Of a DNA stretch of 64,000 nucleotides, positions 39,386 to 49,447 are shown in pieces (positions within the stretch are counted from its first letter, which is position 1; every line of letters starts with the position of its first letter). The DNA comes from an uncultured delta proteobacterium (lineage in GTDB: Bacteria > Desulfobacterota > RBG-13-43-22), in assembly GCA_963743305.1 (NCBI GenBank), contig CAVUPH010000017.1, forward strand, positions 64,001 to 128,000, read 5' to 3'. Below the pieces are notes generated by a model, which made no database searches, was not told the origin of the DNA, and saw nothing but the letters and a program-made list of their open reading frames with translations. A program made the translations under genes and the position numbers.

Positions 39386-40783
39386 ATGCTGACCATTGTC
39401 CTATTAGTTATCGATCTGATTTTTTTGGTTGGGGCCGGATTGTTTACCCATGAAAGCCTGCGGGAAAAAGAGCCGCGGGCGCCAAAATTCGGGGTCGCCG
39501 CGGTCTTTTTCCATCTGGGGTTGGCGGTACTCATTCTGACTGTCCCGCCCAGTCGACCCTTCCTGGCCGTGTTCTTCGGAATCCTGGTATTCCTTTTCCT
39601 CCTTTTCCTGATACCGGGAAAATCCAATCCTCGGGCCTTGAAGGGGACGGAGGGATACGCGGTCGGTCCGGTGACCCGTTTCGACGAGCGGGATATTGTC
39701 TTCGCTCGTAACCGTTCCCTGCCGCCGGGATCAGAACAATATCGACAATATTATGATCAGCATCCGGACAAGGAAGAGGTCGATGCCCGGAGGCGGGAAC
39801 GGGGCGGTCCTATCGGACGTCCGGGGTCCATCGACAACGGGTATCCTCCCAATGTTTCTATGATCCTGGCTTCCTTCGCCCTCCCGGGTTTCCTGGCCGG
39901 CCAGGCGCTGGGGATGCCTGATCCTGCCAAGGCGCCGGTATCGCTGAATTCGAAGGAAGCTTCCGAAATAGTCAAAGGATTTGCCCGCCATCTGGGGGCC
40001 GCGCTGGTCGGGATCTGCCGGGTTAACCCCCTCTGGGCTTATTCCCACCGGGGAGAAATCTTTAATAATAACTGGGAGGATTGGGGGAAAGAAATCGGCC
40101 AACCACTGCCCTATGCGGTAGTCATCGCCACGGAGATGGACCTGGAAAACGTCGGCGCCGGTCCTCATACGCCGGCCCTGGTGGAGAGTTCGGCCAACTA
40201 TGCTTTAGGAGCCTATATCACCACCATCCTGGCCCAATGGTTCGGAGGCCTCGGCTATCGGGCAGTGGCCCACCATAACCGGCACTATGATCTGCTTCTG
40301 GTGCCCCTGGCCGTTGAAGCCGGTTTGGGCGAATTGGGACGGCACGGCTATTTGGTGGCGGATCAACTGGGTCCCCGGGTTCGGCTGTTTGCCGTGACGA
40401 CGGACATGCCCCTCCAAGCGGACCGTCCCATTGATAAAGGGGTCGAGGCCTTCTGTCGCACCTGTAAGAAATGCGCCACCGCCTGCCCATCCCGGTCGAT
40501 CCCCCTGGAAAGGATGACCGTCCAAAACGGGCTGGAGCGGTGGAAGCTGAACGAAGAGACCTGTTTCGATTACTGGGGGAAGGTCGGCACGGACTGCTCG
40601 GTTTGTATGGGGATCTGTCCCTTCTCCCGGCCCAACCGCTCCGTCCACCGGAGCGTGAAATGGCTGCTGCCCCGGTCCTGGCTGGCCCAACGAATTCTGC
40701 CCCATCTGGATAATTGGATCTATGGCCAAAAGTGGAAACCCAGGGCGGTGGCGCCCTGGGTGCAATATTTATGGGATCGCTAG
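39386..40783 (+). CDS. Reductive-dehalogenase-like cobalamin/2x[4Fe-4S] protein with N-terminal TM helices
   Basis: Three hydrophobic N-terminal segments, RFDERDIVFAR, AGLGELGRHG, GPRVRL..VTTDMPL, FCRTCKKCATACP, C..W....TDCSVCMGICPF. Confidence 0.78.
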   Translation: MLTIVLLVIDLIFLVGAGLFTHESLREKEPRAPKFGVAAVFFHLGLAVLILTVPPSRPFLAVFFGILVFLFLLFLIPGKSNPRALKGTEGYAVGPVTRFDERDIVFARNRSLPPGSEQYRQYYDQHPDKEEVDARRRERGGPIGRPGSIDNGYPPNVSMILASFALPGFLAGQALGMPDPAKAPVSLNSKEASEIVKGFARHLGAALVGICRVNPLWAYSHRGEIFNNNWEDWGKEIGQPLPYAVVIATEMDLENVGAGPHTPALVESSANYALGAYITTILAQWFGGLGYRAVAHHNRHYDLLLVPLAVEAGLGELGRHGYLVADQLGPRVRLFAVTTDMPLQADRPIDKGVEAFCRTCKKCATACPSRSIPLERMTVQNGLERWKLNEETCFDYWGKVGTDCSVCMGICPFSRPNRSVHRSVKWLLPRSWLAQRILPHLDNWIYGQKWKPRAVAPWVQYLWDR

Positions 40784-40790
40784 CATTTTT

Positions 40791-41417
40791 TTATTTTTGA
40801 ATCAGGGGGAGTAAGATTACATAGGGGGGCAAGGCAATGTGAGCTGGAACAGCTATGATCGGGACGCCATCCGTCCCGGCCTCGAGCGCGCGTACGGGCG
40901 CTCCCGAAGTGATCATGAACGTAACGGTATCCAAGGTTGCCGAAAGGGACCGCTTGCCGGATCCGGAGGCCACCACCGCAGAGACGCGATAGATCCCATA
41001 GTCCACGCCGGCGGTACTCAGCACCAGCAGAAAATTGCCGGAACCATCGCAAGGGACGTTCGGCGGGAGCGGAATATCATTTACCAGGATGAGGACTTGA
41101 GCGTTGGGCGGAAACCCTGCTCCCCGGAGAGTGAAAAAGCTGCCCACTTCTCCGGAGCCGTAATTGATGTTGATCGTCCGAGTATTTCCGGTGACTACCT
41201 CCAGGTTGATCCGGTTCCCGGCCTGGTCATAGACATAACGGATGGTACCGCTGCTGCCGTAATCGGCCTTGACCAGTTGCCCGTTCTGGTCGTAGGAGTA
41301 CGTGATGGTCATCGTCGCGCTCCAGGCCGACGACGGTCTGAATACGGCGGCGGCTAAAAATAAGATGAACAACGCTGCCCAGGCCGATGTCGTTCCGATC
41401 CTCAATATCCGATCCAT
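40791..41417 (-). CDS. Secreted small YD-repeat protein with beta-rich C-terminal domain
   Basis: Signal peptide, ITYSYDQNGQL...IRYVYDQAGNR, C-terminal ILLPLIQK. Confidence 0.75.
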   Translation of the reverse strand: MDRILRIGTTSAWAALFILFLAAAVFRPSSAWSATMTITYSYDQNGQLVKADYGSSGTIRYVYDQAGNRINLEVVTGNTRTININYGSGEVGSFFTLRGAGFPPNAQVLILVNDIPLPPNVPCDGSGNFLLVLSTAGVDYGIYRVSAVVASGSGKRSLSATLDTVTFMITSGAPVRALEAGTDGVPIIAVPAHIALPPYVILLPLIQK

Positions 41418-41503
41418 AGAATTATTACCTCGTGATTCTCAAGCCTTTCCTGATAGGCGTCCATCCAAGGAAATTCCTCTGAGCATTAGCTCTCCTGTTT
41501 CTC

Positions 41504-44500
41504 TTATTCCTCCCAGGCTGACCCGGATTCTTCATAATCTCCATCGGATAAATCTATCAGCTCATCCGGATCTCGCTCAGGCTCTTTGCCTAATGCTTCA
41601 GGGGTCAATCCGCTGAAACTCCCTGTTTCTTGGTCCCAACGAATATCATAGACCGTATCTTCCCCTCTTTTCTTTTTCTTGCCCCCGCAATCCTCAATCC
41701 CCGATTCAAAGAGTTTCTCAACAGCATCAGCCATATTACCGTAAGGTCCGGCGGTCTCCTTGGCAGTTTCCCAAATGGCTCTCCCCACATTTCCTTTATT
41801 CCATTCCTCTATTGCCTTGACGTACCCAGCACCAGGTATAAAATCAATCGGTTTGAGCTTAGGCTTATCTTCTAAACCCTTGGGATCGATCCTGTCCACC
41901 GGATTATTTCTCACATAAGCATACAGGTTTATCCCGCCCTTAAATCCGATAGGATCTTTCTGGATAAATTTCCCCGTGACAGCGTCGTAGTAGCGGTTTT
42001 TCATAAAATAAAGCCCGTTCCCTTCGTCCATCACGCTGTAAGCTCCGACATAGGTAAAGGGATTGGCCAAGGCGCCGCTTCGGTCCGTGATTTCGCCGAA
42101 GGGGGAATAGGCATAGGCCGCAACCACATCTCCGCCGCCGTCCGTCATCGCTAGGGTATTGCCTATCTGGTCGTAGTGGTAGTAGTAGTATCCTCCGGCC
42201 GGGGTACCCATGGCCACCAGGCGATGGCCTGCGTGCAGGTAATACGAAATAATTTGTCCCGAGCCGTCGGTCTGGAACAGGAGCCTGCCCGAAGCGTCAT
42301 AGTAGTAATGGGACGTCTGCGTTCCGGTAATCGCCCTGGTCCTTTGCCCCAGGCCATTGTATGAATAGGTTGTCGTAATTCCATTGCGGGTAATCGCTAT
42401 CAGGCGGTTCTCGTGATCGTAGGAGGCATCCAGCGACTGGCTTCCGGATAGACCGGTGAGGTTCCCGTCCGCGTCATACCCATAGCTGTCGGGACCCCAG
42501 CGCACGATCTGATTGAGATCGTTGTAAGTACCGGTAATCGACTTGCCCGCCAGCGAGGTCTGAAGGGGCAGCGTGCTGGTTTCCCGAACGGTGTTTCCAG
42601 CCGGATCTCTCGTATAGGCCATGTCGGCAAAGGCAGTCGATTGACTGCTGTGCGAGATCCTGGTGAAGCGATCATTCGCATCATAGCTGTAGTCGGTCTT
42701 CGTTCCGTTTGAGCGGATTTCGCTCAGCACATTGCCGACGTGGTCGTATGTCAAATCGATGGAATTGTTGCCCCAGGAAATCCTCTCCACCCGGTTGCGG
42801 AGGTCATAGCTATATTGAACGACCAGCCCGCCGGGATAGGAGAGCGCGGTGACATTTCCGGCCGCATCGTACGCTTGGGTAAGCGACAGTCCATCGGGAT
42901 AGGAGATACTGGTAACGCGTTTCAGGGAATCGTACCCGTAGGTGAGCATACCCGTAGGATCGTTTACCTGTTGGAGGTTTCCCGCGGCATCGTAGGCCAA
43001 GGCAGCCATCCCGGTACCACTGTAACTCTTGCCGGTCAACCGAGCGTCCAAATCATAGGCAAAGTCGATTGGCTGCTGACGGGCGTTAACGGCCGTCAGC
43101 AGCCTCCCGGCGGCATTCCAAATCTTAACCGTCGCGTTGCCCAGTGGGTCCCTGACGCTGGTGAGCCGATCCTCGAAGTCGTAGGAAAACACCGTTTCTT
43201 TTCCCCGCTCATCCTTAAGCGAGGTCAGATTCCCTACGGCGTCGTAACCCAATGTCACCGTGGCGTTTTTCGGATTGGTACTCGTTATCGGCCTGTTGGC
43301 GGCGTCATAGGTCGTTGCGGTCGTTTTTCCATTGGCATCGGTTTTTCTCACCAGGTTGTTGTTTTCGTCATACTGAAACCCCGTAATGCCGCCCAGGGGG
43401 TCCGTGATCCGGGTATAGGATAGCAGTTGATTTCGAGCGTACGCGGTGGTGTGCCCGTTTTCATCGGTTATCGCGTTCATGGCGCAGCAATCATAAGCGA
43501 TGGACCGAAACGAGCCGTCGGGATGGGTGACTCTCGTGAGGCGATCATTGCCGTCGTAAACATACTGCGTGGTGCGGCCCAGGGGGTCCGTTTTCGAAGT
43601 CCTTCTCAAACCAAAAGGATCATAAGAGAACTGGATGCTATGGCCCAGGGGGTCTGTGAGCCGGGTGACATTGCCGAAAGCGTCATAGGAAAAAGCGGCC
43701 GTATTTCCCAGGGCATCGGTGACGCCGGTGAGGCGACCGGCGGCATCATAGGTCATAGCGTCGGTATGCTGAAGGGGTGAGGTCTTGCTGATCAGGTTGT
43801 GCTTCGTATCATAGCCGTAGCTCCAGGTTTCTCCCAACGGATTGGTCCTGGTAAGCGGATTACTGCTCAGGTCATAGGTGAAGGTGGTGCGGTGGTAGGA
43901 AGGATGCAGCCTGGACAGAACATTGCCGCGCGAATCATAGGTCAGACGCCACGCATGATAGTTGGCATCAGCCAGAACGACCGGCAAACCGCCCTCATAG
44001 GTCTTGATGGTCTCATAACCCAGAGGGTCTATCGTAGCGTTGGTTTTCCCGGCATCATTCGTATAGGAAGAAACACCGCCGCGAGGGTCGGTCACCGAGA
44101 CCTTCGAGGAATACCCGCCCCCGTATTGGGTGGTCTGCCCCGCGGCGTCCGTTACCGAAGCGATCTTCCTGGCGGAATCGGCGTCACCCGAATAGGGCTG
44201 ATAGCCGAATCGGGTGGTCTTGCCTCCGGCGGTCATGGAAGTCGCATAGTTCAGGGGATCATATTCATAGATCGTTTCGTTTCCCGCAAAATCAACCGTG
44301 CGGATGAGGTTGCCGTTCGCATCATAGGAAAAAGTCGCCGCCCGGCCGTCAGGGGAGGTCATGCGGGTACAATGTTTATTGGTGTCAGATTCAAAGTTCG
44401 TCGAGCGCCCGGCGGCATCCGTGATGGACTGGATCGTCCCGTTGGCGTTGTGGCTGATGCGCACGGCGTTGCCGTTTGGGTCCGTTACCGAAGTGAGCCG

Positions 44501-45577
44501 GGTGGCCCCGGGGACAATGAGGCCGTCCCGCAAGACGACGGGGTGAGACGAGGCGGTATCTTTAATGAAATCATACCGATAGGTCAGGTGGCTTTCCTTC
44601 TCCTCCCAGAGCCAGACGCCCCCTCCCATATCGGTGAGCGTATCGAAAATCCCCTCAGGCGGCGTCAGGACTATCGGGGGGTTCAGTAACCCTCCTTGAC
44701 AGTAGGCATTGCTCGAATAGAAGAGGCCCTGCCCGGAGCCTTTCTTCAGATAGGCCCCATTGCAATCACTCTTGAGCGTCGACTCATACGCAAAACTCCA
44801 GCCGTTGCCAAACATCCCGGAAATCTTGGGGTCTGCATTGAGGGAGCGGGTCATCCTGAGTTCAGGCCCTGTTCCCTTATAGGCAAAGTCGGTGTCTTCT
44901 ATGACCAGATTCAGCGTTGAGGTGTTTACCCAGTACCTGGGTAATCCGGTCTCGCTTCACTTCCCGGGACCCCCGCCCTGTCTCGGCCTGTACCGCGTTT
45001 GTCGGTTGTCACGCGGACCACCCTTGAGCCAGGGCATGGATCCTATCGAGTCTAATTCCGTATTGAACAGCCAGAGATAAATGTACAGATCGCGCTCGTG
45101 CCCCCCTGATGGATAATGAATAAGGTGCCGTTGATAGAACATCGCCACATAGTCCTTGAAATAATCACTGGGATAAAACAATACCCAGTCCTCGGCAGAA
45201 AGAGGGCTGCAGTCTTCGGAACGAATGCAGCCCTCGTAGTAGTTCGGGAAGCAGACATCCAGAGCGGTCGAATCCATTACAAAAGGCCCATCGTCTTCCA
45301 CATATCCCGGGGTGATCGTAGCTTTGGCGTGGATTTCAGATCCCACTGGAGGCCACTTGGCACGGTAGTGGCATTTTCTCCAGAAATTGAGTCCGGAGGG
45401 CGGATAGATGTCCTCGCAGTACCAAAAGGAAACATCCAAGGGCGTGCCATCATCATAGGTCACTTCCCATTCGACCGTCTCTCCCCCGTAGCTGGTGGTC
45501 ACGGCCTGCGCCGGCGCAGAAAGAGCCGCGCTGATCATGAGTGTCACAACAAGCACGCCCCACAACCGAAGTATCAT
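41504..45577 (-). CDS. Sec-signal RHS/YD-repeat protein, split by frameshifts near 44960 and 44880
   Basis: GGAGG RBS and signal peptide (AQA) at 45577; DUF6531-like VNTSTLNLVIEDTD segment in the gap; YD repeats; RHS core RYYDAVTGKFIQKDPIG...NLYAYVRNNPVDRIDPKGL; 122-aa C-terminal extension. Confidence 0.85.
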
Positions 45578-45737
45578 AACGTTCCTCCATCCTGTTCCCA
45601 TCGGCCTCCCACGACCTGTAGATTACTTCAGGCTGAAAAAAGGTGATCCCCTAATTTATCTCAGCAAGAAAACCGAAAAATACTCGCTTGAGCCACCGGT
45701 GACAATTGTCATTCGATAAGACATTATTTTTAAAGGT

Positions 45738-45766
45738 AAAATATAAAGGCTGTTTTCCCTTGTCAA
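45738..45766 (-). promoter_or_regulatory. Putative sigma70 promoter of the RHS locus
   Basis: Minus strand TTGACA-N17-TATTTT in an AT-rich intergenic region. Confidence 0.5.
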
Positions 45767-45894
45767 GGAATATTTCGAATTGAAAAAAGGGCTGGCGATG
45801 CGGTGGGGGAGGGAAGATGGAGCGCCTAAGGTGCTTTTGAGAAATCAGCTCACCTTATGAAGAAGACTTCGAGGGCCAAAGACACCGTTCGGGA

Positions 45895-46063
45895 TTACCG
45901 ATAACGGGAGATTATTCTTTCCCGCTCGTCCGGTGTCAGGGAATTTAAATAGGATTTCCAACCGGGGCACCAGCGGGTGTGCCATTTCCAAAATCTTCCC
46001 AAGAACGATTTGGGTTGGGCGTCATACCTGGCCCGGCATCCGGCAGGTTTCACAGGATTTCAT
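45895..46063 (-). CDS. Small Cys/Trp-rich protein (55 aa after removing one extra C)
   Basis: AAGGAGG RBS; corrected frame MKSCETCRMRARYDAQPKSFLGRFWKWHTRWCPGWKSYLNSLTPDERERIISRYR*. Absent from the ORF track. Confidence 0.6.
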
Positions 46064-46087
46064 AGGTCCTCCTTGAACGATAAAGCA

Positions 46088-46132
46088 ACGGAAGGGATCA
46101 CCCGGGAAGGACCCCCTGGGCGATCCCTTCCG
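46088..46132. terminator. Stem-loop downstream of dctP
   Basis: cggaagggatc...gatcccttccg inverted repeat with A/T-rich flanks. Confidence 0.55.
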
Positions 46133-46170
46133 CTTTTGTCCGCGTAGGTCTGCGGCAAAAAAAGGATTGC

Positions 46171-47190
46171 TTACGGATTCTTCTTCAACCACTCCTGGCA
46201 GAATTTCAGCGCCTCGTCGCCCGGAAGCCCTTTAGCCTTCATATTTTGCACGTATTCGTTGAGAATCGGCTGCACCAGTTTGGCCCAGCGTTCGTCTTCC
46301 GCCTTGGAAAGGGATACGACCTGATTGCCCTTGGCCTTGGTGGTTTCCAATCCCGTCTTGTCGAAATCATCCCAGGCCTTGCCGGTTTTTTCAACCCACT
46401 CCTCATTTACTTTCTGAATGGTGGCCTGAACCTCCTTGGGCAGGGCGGCCCATTTTTGCTTGTTCATGATAACAGCAAAGGCAATGGAGTAGGCTGAACC
46501 ATAATTCAACGTGGTGGACTTGATCACTTCCGCGAATTTCCAGCCTTTTAACGATTCGAGCGGACACATGACCCCGTCAACTACCCCTTTTTGCAGGGAA
46601 TCATAGGTCTCCGGCATGGGCATGGCTACCGGGGTTCCTCCTAAATGGCTGACGATTTTGGCGCTGGTGCCGGTGCAGCGGATCTTCAGGCCCTTTAAAT
46701 CCTCCAATCGGGCTACCGGCTTCTTGGTGTTGAGGAGGCCCGGGCCGTGGGCGTGGAGATACATGACTTTGGTATCTTCAAATTCCTTGGGCTGAAATTT
46801 CTGATAATAGGCGTTGACTAAGCGGGTGGCCTGGAGGCCGGTTTTATATCCCAGCGGCATATCGATTACTTCCGTCAAGGGAAAACGGCCGACCGTGTAG
46901 CTGAGGACCACAAAGGCCACATCGGAGATGCCCTTGACCACGCCGTCATAGGCCTGTTGGGGCGGGGTAAGCGTAGCCCCGGGGAAGTAGGTGAACTTGA
47001 CCGCACCCTGGGTCCTTTTTTCTATCTCCTTGCCCCAATCCTGGACCAAGAGGGTATGTCCGTGAGTTGCCGGCATGAAAATGGAATAAGTCAGTTCCAC
47101 GGGTTTACCCTGGGCGGCCGCGAAATCGTTAACGATGCAGCCGAACAAAAACAGTAAAACGGCGATCAAACAGAACCCTTTTTTAGTCAT
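46171..47190 (-). CDS. dctP: TRAP transporter substrate-binding protein (no dctQM nearby)
   Basis: Signal peptide, LEDLKGLKIR, GGTPVAMPMPETYDSLQKGVVDG, MNKQKW. Confidence 0.9.
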   Translation of the reverse strand: MTKKGFCLIAVLLFLFGCIVNDFAAAQGKPVELTYSIFMPATHGHTLLVQDWGKEIEKRTQGAVKFTYFPGATLTPPQQAYDGVVKGISDVAFVVLSYTVGRFPLTEVIDMPLGYKTGLQATRLVNAYYQKFQPKEFEDTKVMYLHAHGPGLLNTKKPVARLEDLKGLKIRCTGTSAKIVSHLGGTPVAMPMPETYDSLQKGVVDGVMCPLESLKGWKFAEVIKSTTLNYGSAYSIAFAVIMNKQKWAALPKEVQATIQKVNEEWVEKTGKAWDDFDKTGLETTKAKGNQVVSLSKAEDERWAKLVQPILNEYVQNMKAKGLPGDEALKFCQEWLKKNP

Positions 47191-47344
47191 GATGCTCCTC
47201 CTTGAGATCTTTCTCAGTTAGAATGAGTAGTAAGAACGGCTCTTTTCACCTCCCCTGGCATTGTTTCCTCTTGGTCTTGGACGGTTTTTTTGGTATCCTG
47301 AACTCTGATTTTTCTTTAAATACGACAGGGAAATTGTAGCTCAG

Positions 47345-49447
47345 ATGACTCGAATTGTAAAGTCCGCCTGCGGAATGTGTCAGACCGGCTGTGGGATCCT
47401 GGTTCAATTGGATGGAGCTCGCATCCAAAAGATCAGCGGAGACCCGGACAGCCCTATCAATAAAGGACGTTTGTGCCCGAAGGGAGAGGCCTCCCTGGAA
47501 TATCTTAATTCCTCCGGTCGGCTGAAAAAACCCCTGAAACGCTTAGGGCCAAGAGGCGGCGGTTCCTGGAAGGAAATTTCCTGGGATGAGGCCCTGGATA
47601 CGGTAGCAGAGAACATCCTGAAAACCAAGTCCTCCTTCGGGCCGGAAGGGCTGGTCTTCATCCGAGGCTCTTTCAAGGGAGGGTATGAAGGGGCTCATCT
47701 GGCGCGGTTGGCCAATGTGCTGGGGGCGCCCAACGTGGCTTCCATGGCCCCGGTCTGCTATATTCCCAGGGTCAACGGCAACCAATTGACCTACGGGTTT
47801 GAGCCGGTGCCGGATTATGCCTTCCCGCCTGCCGCCATCCTGGTCTGGGGGGCCAATTTGGCGGAAACCCGGATCGGCGAACATCAAGACCTGTTGGCGG
47901 CGCTGGACCGGGGGGCCGAGTTAGTGGTGGTCGATCCCCGACGGACCCCGCTGGCGGAGCGGGCCGCTGTCTGGCTGCAACCCCGCCCAGGCTCTGATCT
48001 GGCCCTGGCCCTTTCCCTGATTCAGACGATCATTGCCGAGGGATGGATGGACCGGTCCTTTGTGGACCGCTGGTGTACCGGCTTCGAAGAATTGAAGGCC
48101 CACAGCCTCCGTTTCTCCCCGGAGGCGATGGAGTCCGTAACCTGGGTAAAACCGGATCGGGTCCGGGCGGCCGCCAAGTGCTATGCCACAGCCAGGCCCG
48201 CCATCCTGCAGGCCGGGAACGCCATCGATCACAGTCCCCATAATGTGCAGACCGCCCGGGCCCTGGCCATTCTTCGGGCCCTGACCGGGAATTTGGGGAT
48301 CCCGGGCGGGGAAGTGCCGGGTGTTTCCCCGGGCGTCCTGCCGATGGGATCCCCGGTTTTTGATCTGCGGGAAAAACTCCCGGCGGAGATTCGGGACAAA
48401 CGCCTAAACGCCCGGGACGGGCTCTTGCCGAATATTTTTTACGCACTGCCCCAGTCCATCGTCCGGGCGGTTCTGGAGGAAGACCCCTATCCGGTCCGCC
48501 TGGCCTATGTCCAGGGGTGCAACCCGCTGCTGACCTATCCCCAGGCGGGCCGTGTCTTTCAGGCCCTGCAGAAACTGGATTTCCTGGCCGTGGCCGATTT
48601 TTTCCTGACGCCCACCGCCGCCCTGGCCGACGTGGTCCTGCCGGCGGCTTCCTATCTCGAGGTTGACGCGGTCATTGCTCCGCCCTACTACCCCGTGGTC
48701 CAGGTTCAGCAAAAAGTGGCCCAGGTGGGCGAATCCCGTTCAGACGCGGCCATTATCCGAGGGTTAGCCCAACGGCTGGGTCTGGGGGAGTTTTTTTGGG
48801 AAACCGAGGAGGAGAGTCTGGACTTTATTTTGAAACCGGTCGGGCTTCTTTTCCAGGAGTTCCGGCAGATCGGTGCGCTCAACGGGCGGAGATCCTTCCG
48901 TCATTACGAAAAGCAGGGGTTCGCCACCCCTTCCGGGAAGGTGGAGCTTTTTTCAGGTAGATTGCAGGATTGGGGGTTTGACCCGCTGCCCGTTTATCGG
49001 CCGTTGCCGGAAACACCGGACGGGTCTCCGGAGCTGGCCGGGGAATATCCTCTGGTCCTCACCTCCTGGAAGGTGGGCGTTTTTCGTCATTCCGGGGGAC
49101 GGCAGATCGATTCCCTGCGGCGGTCCCATTCGGAAGCCGTGGTCTGGATACATCCGGAAACGGCTGAAAAACTGGGCATTACCGAGGGTAACCGAGCGGC
49201 GATCGAGACCCCTCGGGGCCGCATAGTCCAGCAGGCCCGACTTACCGAAAAGATCCATCCCCGGGTTGTCGGAGTGGATTATGCCTGGTGGTATCCGGAG
49301 CGCGGGGTGGGATCCCTCTTTGACTGGGACCAGGCCAATGTCAACATCCTCACCGACGATCAGATCCCTTCCGCCAGCGAGATGGGTACTCCCCTGTTGA
49401 GAGGATTCCTCTGCCGGGTTTACAGGGTGGAAGAGGAGCCGTCCTGA
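47345..49447 (+). CDS. Mo/W-bis-PGD oxidoreductase, acetylene-hydratase-like subfamily
   Basis: CGMCQTGC...LCPKG [4Fe-4S] motif, ISWDEALD, PRPGSDLALA, TPSGKVEL, AWWYPE...NVNILT C-terminus; no TAT signal. Confidence 0.8.
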   Translation: MTRIVKSACGMCQTGCGILVQLDGARIQKISGDPDSPINKGRLCPKGEASLEYLNSSGRLKKPLKRLGPRGGGSWKEISWDEALDTVAENILKTKSSFGPEGLVFIRGSFKGGYEGAHLARLANVLGAPNVASMAPVCYIPRVNGNQLTYGFEPVPDYAFPPAAILVWGANLAETRIGEHQDLLAALDRGAELVVVDPRRTPLAERAAVWLQPRPGSDLALALSLIQTIIAEGWMDRSFVDRWCTGFEELKAHSLRFSPEAMESVTWVKPDRVRAAAKCYATARPAILQAGNAIDHSPHNVQTARALAILRALTGNLGIPGGEVPGVSPGVLPMGSPVFDLREKLPAEIRDKRLNARDGLLPNIFYALPQSIVRAVLEEDPYPVRLAYVQGCNPLLTYPQAGRVFQALQKLDFLAVADFFLTPTAALADVVLPAASYLEVDAVIAPPYYPVVQVQQKVAQVGESRSDAAIIRGLAQRLGLGEFFWETEEESLDFILKPVGLLFQEFRQIGALNGRRSFRHYEKQGFATPSGKVELFSGRLQDWGFDPLPVYRPLPETPDGSPELAGEYPLVLTSWKVGVFRHSGGRQIDSLRRSHSEAVVWIHPETAEKLGITEGNRAAIETPRGRIVQQARLTEKIHPRVVGVDYAWWYPERGVGSLFDWDQANVNILTDDQIPSASEMGTPLLRGFLCRVYRVEEEPS

